DNA from: Lingula anatina
Lineage: Eukaryota; Animalia; Brachiopoda
Direction of reading: 5' to 3'
Assembly (NCBI GenBank): GCA_051362555.1
Contig: CM120647.1
Location: 19,692,651 to 19,756,650, forward strand
Length of the DNA: 64,000 bases
Under the pieces are notes generated by a model, which was not told where the DNA came from, searched no databases, and worked only from the letters and a program-made list of their open reading frames with translations. The position numbers were made by a program, and so were the translations under genes. Shown here piece by piece: positions 25,460 to 38,760 of the stretch; position 1 is the stretch's first letter, and each line of letters opens with the position of its first letter.

Positions 25460-27450
25460 AACAGGAAGGAATACCGGTAGGCCTACATGTATGTTATAAA
25501 TGTAATAATGTTAGAAATGATTCAGTACATATAATAAGCACAAATATGTTTTACAAAAGAATATCTCATAATCAGATATGTTTTTGTAAAAAAAAAAGAT
25601 TTATATAGAAGTTACATATATTATACATACAGGCACTCTGTCTGACAGTTTGTTTTACTGTACTTCTTGTAGTAAGCCAGAGGTCTCTCACCACATTTCC
25701 CGTGAGGAGGCGGAAGATTCACCAACTGAAAAAAAAAACGTCTAAAATACTATTTACAAAAGTACTTTTACTTTGGAAACTTGTCTTTAAAAATTATTAT
25801 AACTCCGTTTGGCGTGGTTTGAACAAAAATGACGTTTTTTTCCAAAGGAAAACATAGGAGCCGCAACGTTTAGATTGACATTTGGTCAGTTAGAGTTATT
25901 TTTTGTTCATGATAAACCCATGATATTTATCACGATTTTAATTTAGCTAACTGACAATGAAATCTACATGTAAAGAGTGATCGATAATAAAGTAAAGTAC
26001 TGATCTATCGCGTTTCCAAAACATGCTTTATGGCAATCAGTCATGCATATAGAAACCAAAAGAGATATTAATTTATCAAGAATATGACCAGAAGATACTG
26101 GGCCGTTTGTACTACAGCTATGACACTAATGCAAACACTGCACTGCTCCATCTATGGATATGTCAATTACGGAACTAATCATCAAATGTACTGACGTTTC
26201 ATTATTCATTAATGATTGAAATAGGTACAAGAGAGTTCACTTGGTACTGATCAACGTAAGAACGAAACATTGTCACATAGATGTACATACTGAACATGCT
26301 CATATAACAATATATGTGACAAAAATGCACATATTAAATTACGATAAGTAGGGAATGTTTCTATTATACGGGCTATTCTAGCTGCCTATATATGGCTACG
26401 GTGAAAACTAAAGGTTACACAAAATGTACTTTTAAACTAGCACCAGGGTATAGTTCATCAGCAATTTTCAAAAATAGCAATTACTTTTCGAGACATTTGC
26501 TTTTTGTTTACTTTGATAATTAAAAGAAAATTGGCCTTTACAGCTTCAGGAACGGTGGCAATGCTTCAAAGTACGTTAAAACACGCCATGTGTACCTTTT
26601 ACATGATACTTACATGCTTAAGTTTAAGGGCGATATTAGTAAACCCCCCGGGGGGGATGAGAATCCCTGTATTACCGTCTGGACGGTCCTCTGGGTTATG
26701 GAGATTCAGCTGGAAATAAAATAAACAATATGTTAGACCGGTGATATTGGTAATGAGTCTCAAGTTTATATGACCAGAGTCTAGCTTGAAGTGGGAGGTG
26801 GACGATTTTACAGCATAAAAACAACAGAGTTATTGTTGTTTGGGCGAGATGATGGGTGGGGGGGGGGGGGGAAGGACAGGAGGATTGTGAATTTCTCACT
26901 TACCAAAACAATATTAATGTTATATGTATTTTTTACACCTGCATAAAAATATACGAATAAAGAAGAGATGCAAAAAAAAAAAAAAAAAAAAACATCTGTC
27001 GCTTGTTTATCAGTTTATCCCCTAATACTGGATGTGTATGTGGCCAAATTTGTGCTATTTTTATACAGGTAAAACAAACTCCTAGCCCGGCAACCCCAGA
27101 ACTTTTGGTATGGTAACGTTAAAATAAAGTAATGAGATGACTGGTTAGCACGGTATAAATGGAGACGTGGGATGTCAACTTAAATACATGCCCCTGTCAA
27201 CACTAATATTTCAGTATATTTCCACAGAACAAGCCACCACAACACATCTTCGCATTAAAATTTGACAATAAAACAGCATTGTTACCGACAATCCAGCTAG
27301 GTATGAGTGTTTCACGTATTCTTTCCGCGACACTAGAATGCTGAGACGGAGTCCACCGTACATGCCTTCTGCATCTACATGTAGATGGCTGTCACCTAAA
27401 AAGTACATATATGTAAAATTTATGTCCAGACACTGTGAAAACTACTATGC

Positions 27451-27498
<48 letters not shown>

Positions 27499-30400
27499 GC
27501 TTTTTGAATGTCTACCAAACAATTGGGAACCCCTTCACATTGCTTGTCGTAACCGACCGGAGGCTTCTTAGAGTGGGAATGGTACGGCAGTGAACATGTT
27601 ATTCGTTTGCTTTCTTCTAATACTTCAAACAGCATCTGAGAAGCTGAGAACTTCTACCTCCGCATGTAGTAAAGTGTCAGGGCCAAAAATACCCAGCCCT
27701 ATTGCGGACATAGTCCGACCGGTCATGACTGCTTGATAATTAATTTAGCCAGATATTTTTTTTTAGAATTTTAGTTTTAACTTTTTGAGGAAATACAATC
27801 CATATCAATGAATCATTCGTAAACATTCACTAACGGACCTGCACATAATGTAGACTTCTTGCAGAGCAAGTTTTCTGAACGTTCAGTAATTCTAAAGTTA
27901 TCCCCATGTCTGCCTATTGTTAGCTTTTGTACAGGGTCAAAATTATCCCAGCCCTATAAAATTAAATAAACAATTTTTAAAAAACTTTTAAGCTATCAAA
28001 ATAAATACCTGGATCTTTAACTACGATTTCTTATTCAATCACTATAATATAATATAATATAATATAATATAATATAATATAATATAATATAATATAATAT
28101 AATATAATATAATATAATATTGTTATAGTGAGTTTTGACGACAACAGTCTGGAGCTTTCGAACGTTTATTCATCGACACTTTCTTCATACAACTTCACAA
28201 ATATTTATGCTGAATTTCTCCGTACTGATCACGCATTTACTTGTTTTCTTTTCCATTGTCTTTGCGTGATAACAAAATATTTTCCATTCGCATGTTGCAA
28301 GTCACCATGCAACGTTTCCTTATCAGGTAATCCCTAAGAGACTTGTTTTCAATTAAAGATATCTAAAATATTATTTGGATTACTCATGCTTGCACCTTAT
28401 CCACATCTCAGTTATCATGTGATAAACAGATGATCAAAATTAAAATATATTATGAAATTAATCAATCACATAAACTGTTACTGACTTTGACCTTTTCCAT
28501 CTTTGTCTGACACTAAAACATATTCTACATTGTTGACTCTTGATGAAACTTAACTTACACTTAATAACTCTCTATCCTTTTACTCTTTTGAGTCTGTTTT
28601 AATTGTTATATGTAAAAAGTGAAAACGTAAGTCATTCGCTTTACAATAATATAATATAATATAATATAATATAATATAATATAATATAATATAATATAAT
28701 ATAATATAATATAATGTGTACCTGAATTAAACTGATAGCATAGCCCTCCCTCCGTTATAACAGGCTTAAGGCTTTCAAGTTCATACAAAGCTCTATTCCA
28801 ACTCATCTGAAATATCACGAGAGAAATCAATTAATATTGGTACATAACCTTCAGATCTGGTTGTCGAGCAGTTATAAATCAAAACAAAATTTATTTTTGG
28901 CTGCATTTTATTTTGGTTATTTCCTTTAATCATTGTAATCCATGCAAGAAGCCGGTATATGTACAACTCTCCCTACAGTAGGTGGTCTGGGCCGTAGCCT
29001 CCGGGGGGGGGGGGGGAGGGGGGCAGAGGGGGGGGGGCAGCTGCCCCCCCCCCTGGGATTTGAGGTGCAAAAAATAATAATAATAATAATAATCGCAAAG
29101 GTAAAAAAATAATTGCAAAGTTGGTATCAGTTCTGTGAGAAAATGCACTCATGGCCACTAGACAATCATTCAACAATCTGTTTACAAAGGTGTACTGTAG
29201 CCAACTCAGTTCATGCCAAAAGGCTCACCCTCCCTTAGGGAGTTATCCCCCAAGCTGTTATCAGGTTATTGTTTACCCTGACTGTTTGCCCAACAAAGCT
29301 GGGAGGGCTGTTTTGAGCCTGCAGAGAACAGCCTCCGTCGTCTGAAACTGTGGACACGCACAAGCATGGCAGAGGAACGCCTAAGCAGATTGGCTCCTTG
29401 CTCGTCCACAGAGGAAGAAACGTTATTCCTGATCCTGAGGCAATCCACGAAATGAAGTCCAATTGGCGTGTTGTGTTGAAAAAATGACTGTACTTATGGC
29501 AAAACGAACCCACAATTTCTAACTTCTGATTGAGCAATAAATAACAGTTAAAATGCACCAGAATGCAGTATTATACATACAGTTTTTTAAAATTTTCCAC
29601 ACCGTGGCAGGGGGACAACCACTCCCACACCCTCCCCCCTCGGGGACTTCGCCCCCTCGTGTCCGCTTACTGCCCCCCTGGCATTTTGCTCAGGCTACGG
29701 CCCTGGTGGTATAAAAGCAACGGGGATTATCCGAGATACATGTAGCCTAAAACGAGGCTGTGTGCCATGCATGGCGTTATACGGAACTTTAAAACGTGTT
29801 GGAATCAGCGGGGCAGAGGGAAAAGTTTTTTCCATTAGGGCCGTCTTAGAAAGCAAAACAAAGTGATACGCAGAACAGTGAATTCGTAGCGGTTGAACAA
29901 AATGTAACCAAAAGCTGGTGGATATACTTCGTCTATAACTCTAGATTTATGTGGCACCGTACTCGTTAGTCTGCCATTATTTCTGACCCCACATTCCTCC
30001 AAATCCCGCGACTTCTCGCTTGGTCTCACAGTATCACGCGAGACTTTTAGTTCGGTTTATCTCGAATGTTTTCTATTACAACAAACCTCTCATATGATTG
30101 AGGATATACCGGGTTGTGTGACCACCTGATGAACTGGCAGTATTAAAACAGACGTCGAAAATGATATTTCGTTTCACTGGGTAATTAAGTTTGAAAAGAT
30201 TTTAATTAAAAATACAATATGAATTTTTAATTAAAATATGTCGATTATGTTGAAAGAAAAGGTTATTAATTACCGACATGAATACGTCTTTCACTTGGAA
30301 ACCATTCCGCATATGGAAGTCCGTCCAGTTGGTATGAGTGAAATCGTATCTTGTCCAATTAACTGCTGAAACATTCAAAACCTGATCGAAAAGGCTTCCA

Positions 30401-30798
30401 ACTTCAGTCTCGTTATTGGCTTTCAAGCTACTGGCTTTAAATGGACTGTTGGTGCAAAGAGTTAACGTTGGAAACACCAGTGTATCATTCGGAATGATCT
30501 CAATATTGACTGTTGCTGGGTTGGACCGGTAATAATCAATTCTGTCTTTAAGGTGGTAAACCAGACCTCCAAATCCTGCCAAAACGAAGCAAAGCCAAAC
30601 AGCGCGCCTTGCGTACGAATATCGCGGGTTAGCGGATTGTTTCAATCCCAGAATGCTGACTTCTGCTGCAAAGGTGGATAATTCGTTTTTGGCTGAAGTT
30701 TCTTCCTCATCTGCCTCCCCAGTTATGCTTCTACTGCTAACACCTTTGAGATCACTGTCTTTGACATGAAGAGTCGGATAAACAGTAGCAGGATTCAT
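24882..30798 (-). CDS. DEG/ENaC (ASIC-like amiloride-sensitive channel family) subunit 1, 6 exons, about 458 aa
   Basis: Exons 30798-30274, 28806-28722, 27395-27286, 26709-26614, 25725-25631, 25347-24882. TM1 RRAVWLCFVLAGFGGLVYHL, post-TM1 FPTLTLC, TEGGLCYQFNSG, Cys-rich thumb (LPPPHGKC, NCQTEC, CHC, CGCKVAC), TM2 LLADIGGALGLVLGSTLMTLAE. Confidence 0.92.
28043..28100 (+). repeat. (ATATA)n pentanucleotide microsatellite; a second tract lies at about 28645-28715
   Basis: Seen directly; both tracts are in intron 2 of the first DEG/ENaC gene. Confidence 0.9.
28987..29705. mobile_element. 719-bp non-autonomous element of the same family as 15252-15423
   Basis: CTGGGCCGTAGCC...GGCTACGGCCCTG termini with 5-bp TSD GTGGT. 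Terminal segments are nearly identical to the 15.3-kb copy. Confidence 0.8.
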
Positions 30799-32581
30799 TC
30801 TGTCTGCGAGGTGAAACTGTTAACATTGCTTGTGAAAATCTCTGAAAACTAACCTGACGCCTTATTCCTTCCCCGCACACATACACGCGGATGACTTTTT
30901 CGACAGTCAATTACCAAAACGAAAACGAACAAAGATTTGCTGGTGGTTCCGTATAAATATTTTGTAATTAGTCCGTGTCTTTTGGTTGAGATTAAGCGAA
31001 CAAAATGTCTCTAGCCCTCCAAAGTGTTTGAAATGTGTCACTAATGTATTTGAACATTTGTGGGATCAATATCACAGCGCTTTTAGCGTCATCTTCTCTC
31101 ACCCACTCAACGAGCACATTGATGACAAGCTGTTTACTGAAATCAATAGAGATAGCATAATACCAGCACTTGTATATGCTTTAAACGTGTAAACTGGAGT
31201 TAATAACAGAATCAATATTTGTAATGTCATTCGTTTTGTGACTTCACCAGGAAATCTGGAATCAGGGCTATGGTACATGTGATTTCTAGGGTTCTGAGGA
31301 GGGGCGATCCAGAGATATATTCTGACAGCCTTCCAAATCTTCTTTGTTGATCCATTCTCCATTTTTTGACCTTCAAAAAAATTAGATACCCGTCAATATA
31401 AACTTGAAAATCTGACTGTCTTCAGGAAGACCTACATCTAGAAGACAGCCTCAATCCACCCCTGCTTAGCAACCCCCTATGGTTCAAACTCGCTATTTAG
31501 GACGAGAATCTTTTCACCCTAAATGTTGTCCTGGAAACTAATTTAACATACACACACGGGGATTTAATCATTTGGTTGTGCAATACAATTTGTGCAATTC
31601 GTATTTAGAGAAAATAACAAGAAAATACAAGTGGATAAAATTTTGACAGATTTTATTCCTTCTTTCACAACCTTTAATAGCTTACCATTACTTCTGTTGC
31701 ACTCCTCTCCAAGTGCCGTGGAATTTAGCTTAATTTTACGCAACTCACGAGACTCAGCCGCCCCAGAAATCGAGCAAATGTACAATTATATATTCGAAGA
31801 TAAAATGGCCGAATAACTTTTCAAATGTTATCTGATTTTGTCGGATGTTTTGATTTTATTTATTCATGAATAATACTTCAGATCAAAAGCTTTACAATTT
31901 TAGGAAAAAAAATCAATCATGACTTTCTAAATCCCACACAGAAGCGACAGAGCTGATAACGTGTCGAGAGTACTCGGTACATGAAATCGTAAGAAAAACA
32001 TGTTTAAGTTGTGATAAAAGAGCTTTTGGACTCTACCATTCACCAAATAAATGAAACTTTTTTGAAATTAACTACATTACTTTATTACTTTATACCATAA
32101 ATGAATGCTAACAACATCGTCTAATAAACATAATCTACAGCTTATCTGTAATCACAGAAACACACCTGAACCTGTGCCACGTTCCATTTAATTTGATTTG
32201 TTTTTTTTTCTTTAAATAAATAAACGTTAAGTAAACACAATACTGACATGCTTAATTAAATTAACGATACCACATGGCACGCTAAACGATGACGTGGTGC
32301 TATTTTGAACACTGTACATGTATATACAATATTACTTTACAACAGATGCTGAAGATGTGACAATGAGTAAATATTAATAATAATAATATTGTATATTGTG
32401 CGGAATAATAGGTATAAGGTTACTGGTTTTATCATTTGCAATATAATGAAATCACTTTATAAGAGCTGCATGACAAATACACGTGGTATACACGAATATA
32501 AAATAAAATAATAATTAAAATTTCGATCATGCGTTAAAATAAGTTCCCACAAATTCCCTAAATACTTGGCCATCTGTATCC

Positions 32582-32785
32582 CTTTTTCACGCCAGAAATC
32601 TTTGACAAACATAACCCACAACAGAAATCAACTATCTCCACCAACGTCGTCAAAGTGCTACCCAGAACGAGGCCATATTAACTTTCGACTTCGCAGTTAA
32701 CTTAACTGTACTTCTTTACTTTATAGTTAATCAGCGATTTCTCACCACATTTTACATGTGGTGGAGAGGGGGGGAGATTCTTGAA
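32582..32785 (-). pseudogene. Decayed third DEG/ENaC fragment (exon 5 joined to the TM2/C-terminal part of exon 6)
   Basis: Minus-strand translation FKNLPPSPPHVKCGEKSLINYKVKKYS*VNCEVES*YGLVLGSTLTTLVEIVDFCCGLCLSKISGVKK. Two in-frame stops, acceptor AG lost, and intron 5 plus most of exon 6 deleted. Confidence 0.8.
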
Positions 32786-33055
32786 ATGAAATAATTAAAA
32801 TAATTTGGTGTTGATAATAATCCTTGGTTATCTACAGAATGCAGTCAGGAGTTAAATGTTTCACAAGTAAAAGAAGCCATCCTGGATATTAGATGTTAAG
32901 GAACAGGGAGTCAATACACAATATGGAATGTCCTTCAGTGTCTCTATTTCAGTGTTTCGCACAAACTATCCCGGTCAAACTCTCCTTTGATCTTCCAGGC
33001 GTAGTTCGTAATCGTTATCTTTGCCAAATGCATCAAATATATATATTGTGCTTTA

Positions 33056-35590
33056 TTACTTTTTCACACCGAGAAGGTTTGAAATGCACAACCCGAAAAA
33101 GAAATCAAATATTTCCACCAGAGTCATCAGTGTGCTTCCCAGAACGAGGCCTAGGGCGCCACCAATGTCTGCCATTAACGCCAACGCGCTGTAAGCTTCC
33201 TGTTGTTCAAGTTCCTCGTACGTCATATCTGCGTAGAAGATTTTCGTGGCGACAATGTCTTTCTCCACCTCTTCTTTTGTGATGTTCAAAAGATGCTGTA
33301 ACAGCTGCATTGACGAATTTGATATAAATGAGCTGGAAAGAGTGTATTCGAATCTGTAACTCTCACACTCTACACTGCAGTCACACTGGCGGATAAACCG
33401 TGTCTTCTGCCTCGTGAGATTGAAGACACATTGGAATACGTCTTGAGGGGAACACTCTCTGTAACCCGGGACATGTGGGTAGTAAACTAAACGACAACCG
33501 CACCGCTTCATGGTGAGGTTATGGCTGAAATGAACACGTGGATATGATTATCTGTGTATCCTTGCATGTGCACTGCATGCATACTGCAGCAGTTGGTGTA
33601 TGGAAAGACGCGTAGTGTACGGAAAACTGAAAGACGGAGAAAAAAGTGAAGCGCGGGAAAATAAAGTTTGAAGGAAAAAATGGATGCATTTATCTGAAAA
33701 GAACGAACGACAGAAAAATGAGTAAAAAAAGAAATTTGAACATAGATAAACAAGCAAACAGTGCGACTGAAATATGAGCAGCGACGTTATATGTATTGTA
33801 TATACGTGCACAACAGTTATCTGTCTCGTACTATATATTTAGCCTCCCTTCCATACCAGTACAGCTGAACGTATACGTACAAGCATTCCGCCTCGCAGTT
33901 GAGTTTACTGTACTTTCTAAAGTAAGCCAATGTTTTCTCACCACATTTGCCATGCGGATGTGGAAGGTTCTTCAACTGAAATTTTATTTATCGGTGATAT
34001 ATTACATGCTTAGGAATGAAATATTATCAGACAATAAATTATATATGCTTGAAATAAGGGATTAAAGTAGAAGTTTTAAAATTCAGCACAGTTCAGTTAA
34101 TAGTTTCACTAATTTCAAAAAAGAATTTTCTGTATTATTTTACTGTACCTCATAATGGTGTATCTTGGTTCAATGGCAACCGCTTTCTTCTCATTAAACA
34201 TTGAATCATCTTATGAGAACGAAGTGACAAATTGTTAAACTTATTCCTAGAAAAACACCCGAGGGAATTTTTGACTATGCGAATTGTTGGGGATATTTAA
34301 CATCAGTACGCCCCAAAAATCCCGGATTCGAGCTATCTGACTACCAGTAATCTGCACAGCAATATCTATTGAAAACAATTCACCAAATGTTAATTTCAGC
34401 TAGTCGGACAACAGCAGTTTGGCCAAGTCACTTTTTCTCTTATATGAAAGCTATTTTTCCATATTTCTATACCCACATGTTTAAGTTTGATGACCACGTT
34501 CGTACAACCAGGCGGTAACAATACACCAAGATCCATGGCGGGGTGGTCTTCAGGATCATGGAGAAGAATCTGGTAACAATTAGATATCATAACGTTGTGT
34601 AAAATAATGTACATATTAGGCTGATATAGGCATATATATTATTTATGTATTTATAATTGTATTATATATATTTGTATATTATATTATTATTATATATTAT
34701 TGTATAGGTATATATATTATCTATACATTTATTATTGTAATTTTTGCTTTGGTATGTATGGTAATGACACCGTACAGTTGTTTTGATCACTGATACAGTG
34801 AGTGGACCTACAAATGTGTATTTTAATAGAAAATTGAAACTGTTTTTACAGTGCAAAAGACAAATAAAGATGCTATATTATATTAAATATGGCTTATCCA
34901 AAATCTAATTATGCACAACTTCTTTTAAAAACACTAAACACCGTGTATATAACCATTAATATTATTTTAGATCAACAATAATCAACACACTGCTACACAG
35001 AACGTTAGTCAATGGTATTACCGATAAGCCGGCTTCGTAGGAGGCTGTTAGATATTCTCTTTGACGTGATAAAAACACACCAAGTAGTCCCATATCTTTT
35101 CCCTGTAAATCCACTTGTAGATGGTTGTCTAAGTTGTTTGGATATATACATATATATTGAGAATTTATCTTCCCAGTGAAAAATAGAACGTTAAACGTGA
35201 AAATAATCAATAAATATCAATAAGAATGATTTACAAGCCAACAATTTTTATTTTTATTTTTTTGTAGAAATTTAAAAATAAAAGATAAAAAAATTGATAT
35301 ATTTTTTTTCTGAAAGATACACGTGATTTGATTTGTTCAACTGATCTGCCATTTTCTCTTTTTACAGAATAAAAAGCGTGTCTTAACAAGGTTGGATATT
35401 ACCTGAGTTGATCTGATAACATAAACCAAGACTGGTGAATACAGGCCTGATGTCAGTTAAGCGGACATCTTTTAGTTTCCATTTCACCTGGAAAAAAGTC
35501 AAAGCATGTCATACGTATATATTTTAACTATACTATCACGGGTTTTAGTCTCTCATTACTCTTACTAGGGTGGGTTTTATTTTATAAAAA

Positions 35591-35632
<42 letters not shown>

Positions 35633-36448
35633 ATGACTGTGTATGTTTAAGAGATTATTAACCAGTAATTACCCCACAGTTACATATCTGTAGAACCTGG
35701 GATTTGTTTTGTGACAACGATATTTTAGTTGTTTTAAGGCGTGTTCATTCAGTTTTGATTTTTTAAACAAAGCTACAACGGAAAATTTCTCATAAAAATT
35801 ACCAACTTTTCTGTAGTTATTTACTCGTGAAAAAAAAATTATTCCCGAGCATGTTTCTTTTTTTATCTGTAAGGAAATTAGGCTTCCAAGCAAATGCACT
35901 CTACTGTTATGAAAAATAAAACTTACGTCTAAAAAGATGTCACGTTTGCCATACCCATTGCGAATCATAAATTCAGTCCAGTTAATACGTCCCAAATTGT
36001 AGGAAGATAAATCTTGCGGGTCCTCGAAAGTGCCAAAATATTTTCCTATATAACTCTCGTTATTGGCAACTAAACTGCTCATCTTCAGAGGACTGTTGAT
36101 ACAAATGGTTATCGCGGGAAAAACCAATGTATCGTTTGCCACAACATCTATCTTCACTGTTACAGGGTTGCTTAGAAAGTAAGCAATCCTGTGCCAAAGA
36201 TGGTAAAGCAAGAATCCAAACCCTGCCAAGACGAAACACAGCCATAGCGTGCGTCTGAAATGGGAATATTTGGGGTTGACGGACTGTTTTAATCCTAGAA
36301 TACTGACTTCGTTTGCAAAATTTGTCATTTCTATTTGCACCGTAGTTTCTTGTAAGGTTTCGTCATAACCGCTGCGGTAGCTTTTGCAATTGAGTTCATC
36401 TTCCCTGTTGAACGCCTTTTCTGAGGGATGTACGCCAACCGAATTCAT
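33056..36448 (-). CDS. DEG/ENaC family subunit 2, 6 exons, about 456 aa (tandem paralogue)
   Basis: Exons 36448-35927, 35487-35403, 35128-35022, 34569-34477, 33975-33881, 33524-33056, with the same intron positions and phases as subunit 1. FPAITICIN, TSLGLCYQINS and TM2 LMADIGGALGLVLGSTLMTLVE. Confidence 0.92.
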
Positions 36449-36860
36449 ATTCGTAAACTTTGGCAATAGCTCAGTTTGTCTTGTAAGTGAAGTGCTGTGT
36501 TAAAACTACTTCGGTGTTCTCCGGTATTCTTGCTTATGGTGATATTTGATCTCTTCACCGATAAAAATAAATATCTATTTTAATCTGAAAGGCGACACAA
36601 TGTCGGAGTCGACAAGCTTGCTTTTTTCCCTTCTCGACTAAGTAAGATTTAGTCTGCCCAGATTCTGCAAAGATAACAGCTCGTTCGTTTGTTTGGTGGA
36701 AAGGATTTTTAAGCAGGAAATGGTCTTATAATATTGTTATGTCCCTATGAAGAATGGTCGATACGTGGGACGATACCCGAGCATCACTTATTATATTGCC
36801 TGAACAGTATCTTACAATTAATGTTTTGGGACTTCCAATTAATTTTCAAGATAAATATAC

Positions 36861-37355
36861 GGCACGTCAGTCCAACACGACAACGACCGGGCCCCTGAAT
36901 CGGGATGTAGAGGGAACGAATATAGGCTCTCCTGGGTCATAGCCAATTACCTTTTGCATAAAAAATACGGTATACTTTAGAAAGTTTTCATTAAGTGATC
37001 GATTGAAAACAAACAGATTGCTGGTCATTAGCATAAAAAAAGCGTATTCAATAATATTTCCTTTCTCTTTAGTAAAAAGTCCTTATACTGACGTGGGAAG
37101 AAATGATCGTTGATCTTCGTCCTTTATTTCGACACAGATCTCGAGCTATAGCTAACTTCCTATGTACGGTCCTGTCTGGTGGCACGTGTTATTATTGAAA
37201 ACGACCGAACTTGAATTAATTTAGCAGCTTTCAAGGTATAGCACCACTTCATAACACTTGTAAACCACATATAGCGGAAGAAATAGTCACATGGTCTTCT
37301 TCCGTATGCACTGCATTTCATCAAAATATGCCATCTTCTCGGTGGGCTTATCAGA
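36861..37355 (+). mobile_element. 5'-truncated copy of the SINE-like repeat at 1190-1792
   Basis: Highly similar to about 1292-1790. It starts at ggcacgtcagtcca, where the tRNA-like head of the first copy ends. Confidence 0.75.
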
Positions 37356-38760
37356 GGGAAAATGTTTTTTTTTTTTTGTTTTTTTTTACAAAAGTTGCGC
37401 CGCCTCAATTGCTTTTAAGAGGCATATATTTTTCCTTTGGTGGAGTTGGAATTCCAATAACGATTCTGTATTTAGGTTCTGTTATACGTGGAGTTGGTGA
37501 AGCTTTTCCTATAGATGACTATTTGATTTCCACAACATAAACCGCTCTTGTATTCCATTAGTGTTATACTTTCTTTGTATAGCACAAATAACTGACTTTT
37601 GACACAATCAATAGTGTCCATTAGTTAGAAAAGTTCAACAACAATTAAATGGCATATATTGGTCACCGACATCAGTATTACATTTCGAGTGTGGATAAGG
37701 CTTTTCATTGTTTGTTTTTCCCAGCCCCTCGAATACCATCCCTAAGACTGGGTTCCCATAACTAGATCGAACCATCTGGATCGGTCTATATCTCTAAGGA
37801 TTCTCACTTAATTGCTATCAATTCAACCGGCTTAAATGTCTGTCACGCCTAGTAAAGCTGTTAAGGGGTAATTATCTTTACCCCCTAGCTGATTCTGTAT
37901 GAGTCGGTCTTCCAGTCGGCCTTCCAGGAGGTCCGTCTCTAGGACCGCATTCCCATACCTAGATCGATCTTGCAGGTTCGACCCATCTTCAATAGGATTC
38001 TCGCTAAAACCCATTCTAATGTAGCGGCTTAGATGTCTGGCGCGCCAACTGAAGCTGCTTAACGATAGTTAACCCCCTAGCAGCTTCAGCAGGCGTGTCA
38101 GACATCAGGGCCGCCGCCAAGTTGGGTATATCTACTTCAGGTGTCTTTGGGAATGTGGCCTAACATGGTTCGTTTGACGTTGCTTTGCTACCAGGCTGGA
38201 TACAGGTATTGCTGTTGTCCTGTATTGTGTGCTGTAATTAACTGCTTAAGTTGGGTCTGCAGGTTGGATATTTTATTTTAAGTTAAAGGCCTTAGCTTTT
38301 TTATCTTTTTGCATTTATTTAATGTATCTTCAAAGCATATAATTATGCTTGAAACACAGCTCCGAGTTCATCGTGTGACGTAATATTGGACATTTTGGTG
38401 CAAAACATCATCCTGTCTCAATATTGTCAGGTGAAATCGTGCATGAATTTGAAATAGGATAAGGATACTAGTATTCACTTGATGTCCAATAACAAGGCTC
38501 ATATTCCGACTCAATGTTTCATTCTCGGAAGCCATGTACAGAATGCACCGTCTAAAGACAAGAAGGTACAGGAAAAAAAGAAAGGTCCAGAAAAACAATT
38601 CGTAAATACCCAGTAAACAACTAATAAACATCTATTATATCCATGCAATGAGAAAGTCTGTATTTACAAAACACAAGATATCGATCAGCTACTGCGATAT
38701 CAAGATATCCAAAACGCTCAACGACACGTGTAGCCAATCAGAGATCAGAGCTGCCCGTCA

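Noticed and set aside
31430-31540. Minus-strand LSRGGLR resembling a Penelope GIY-YIG C-terminus
   Set aside because: Too short and interrupted; no supporting RT or endonuclease motifs.
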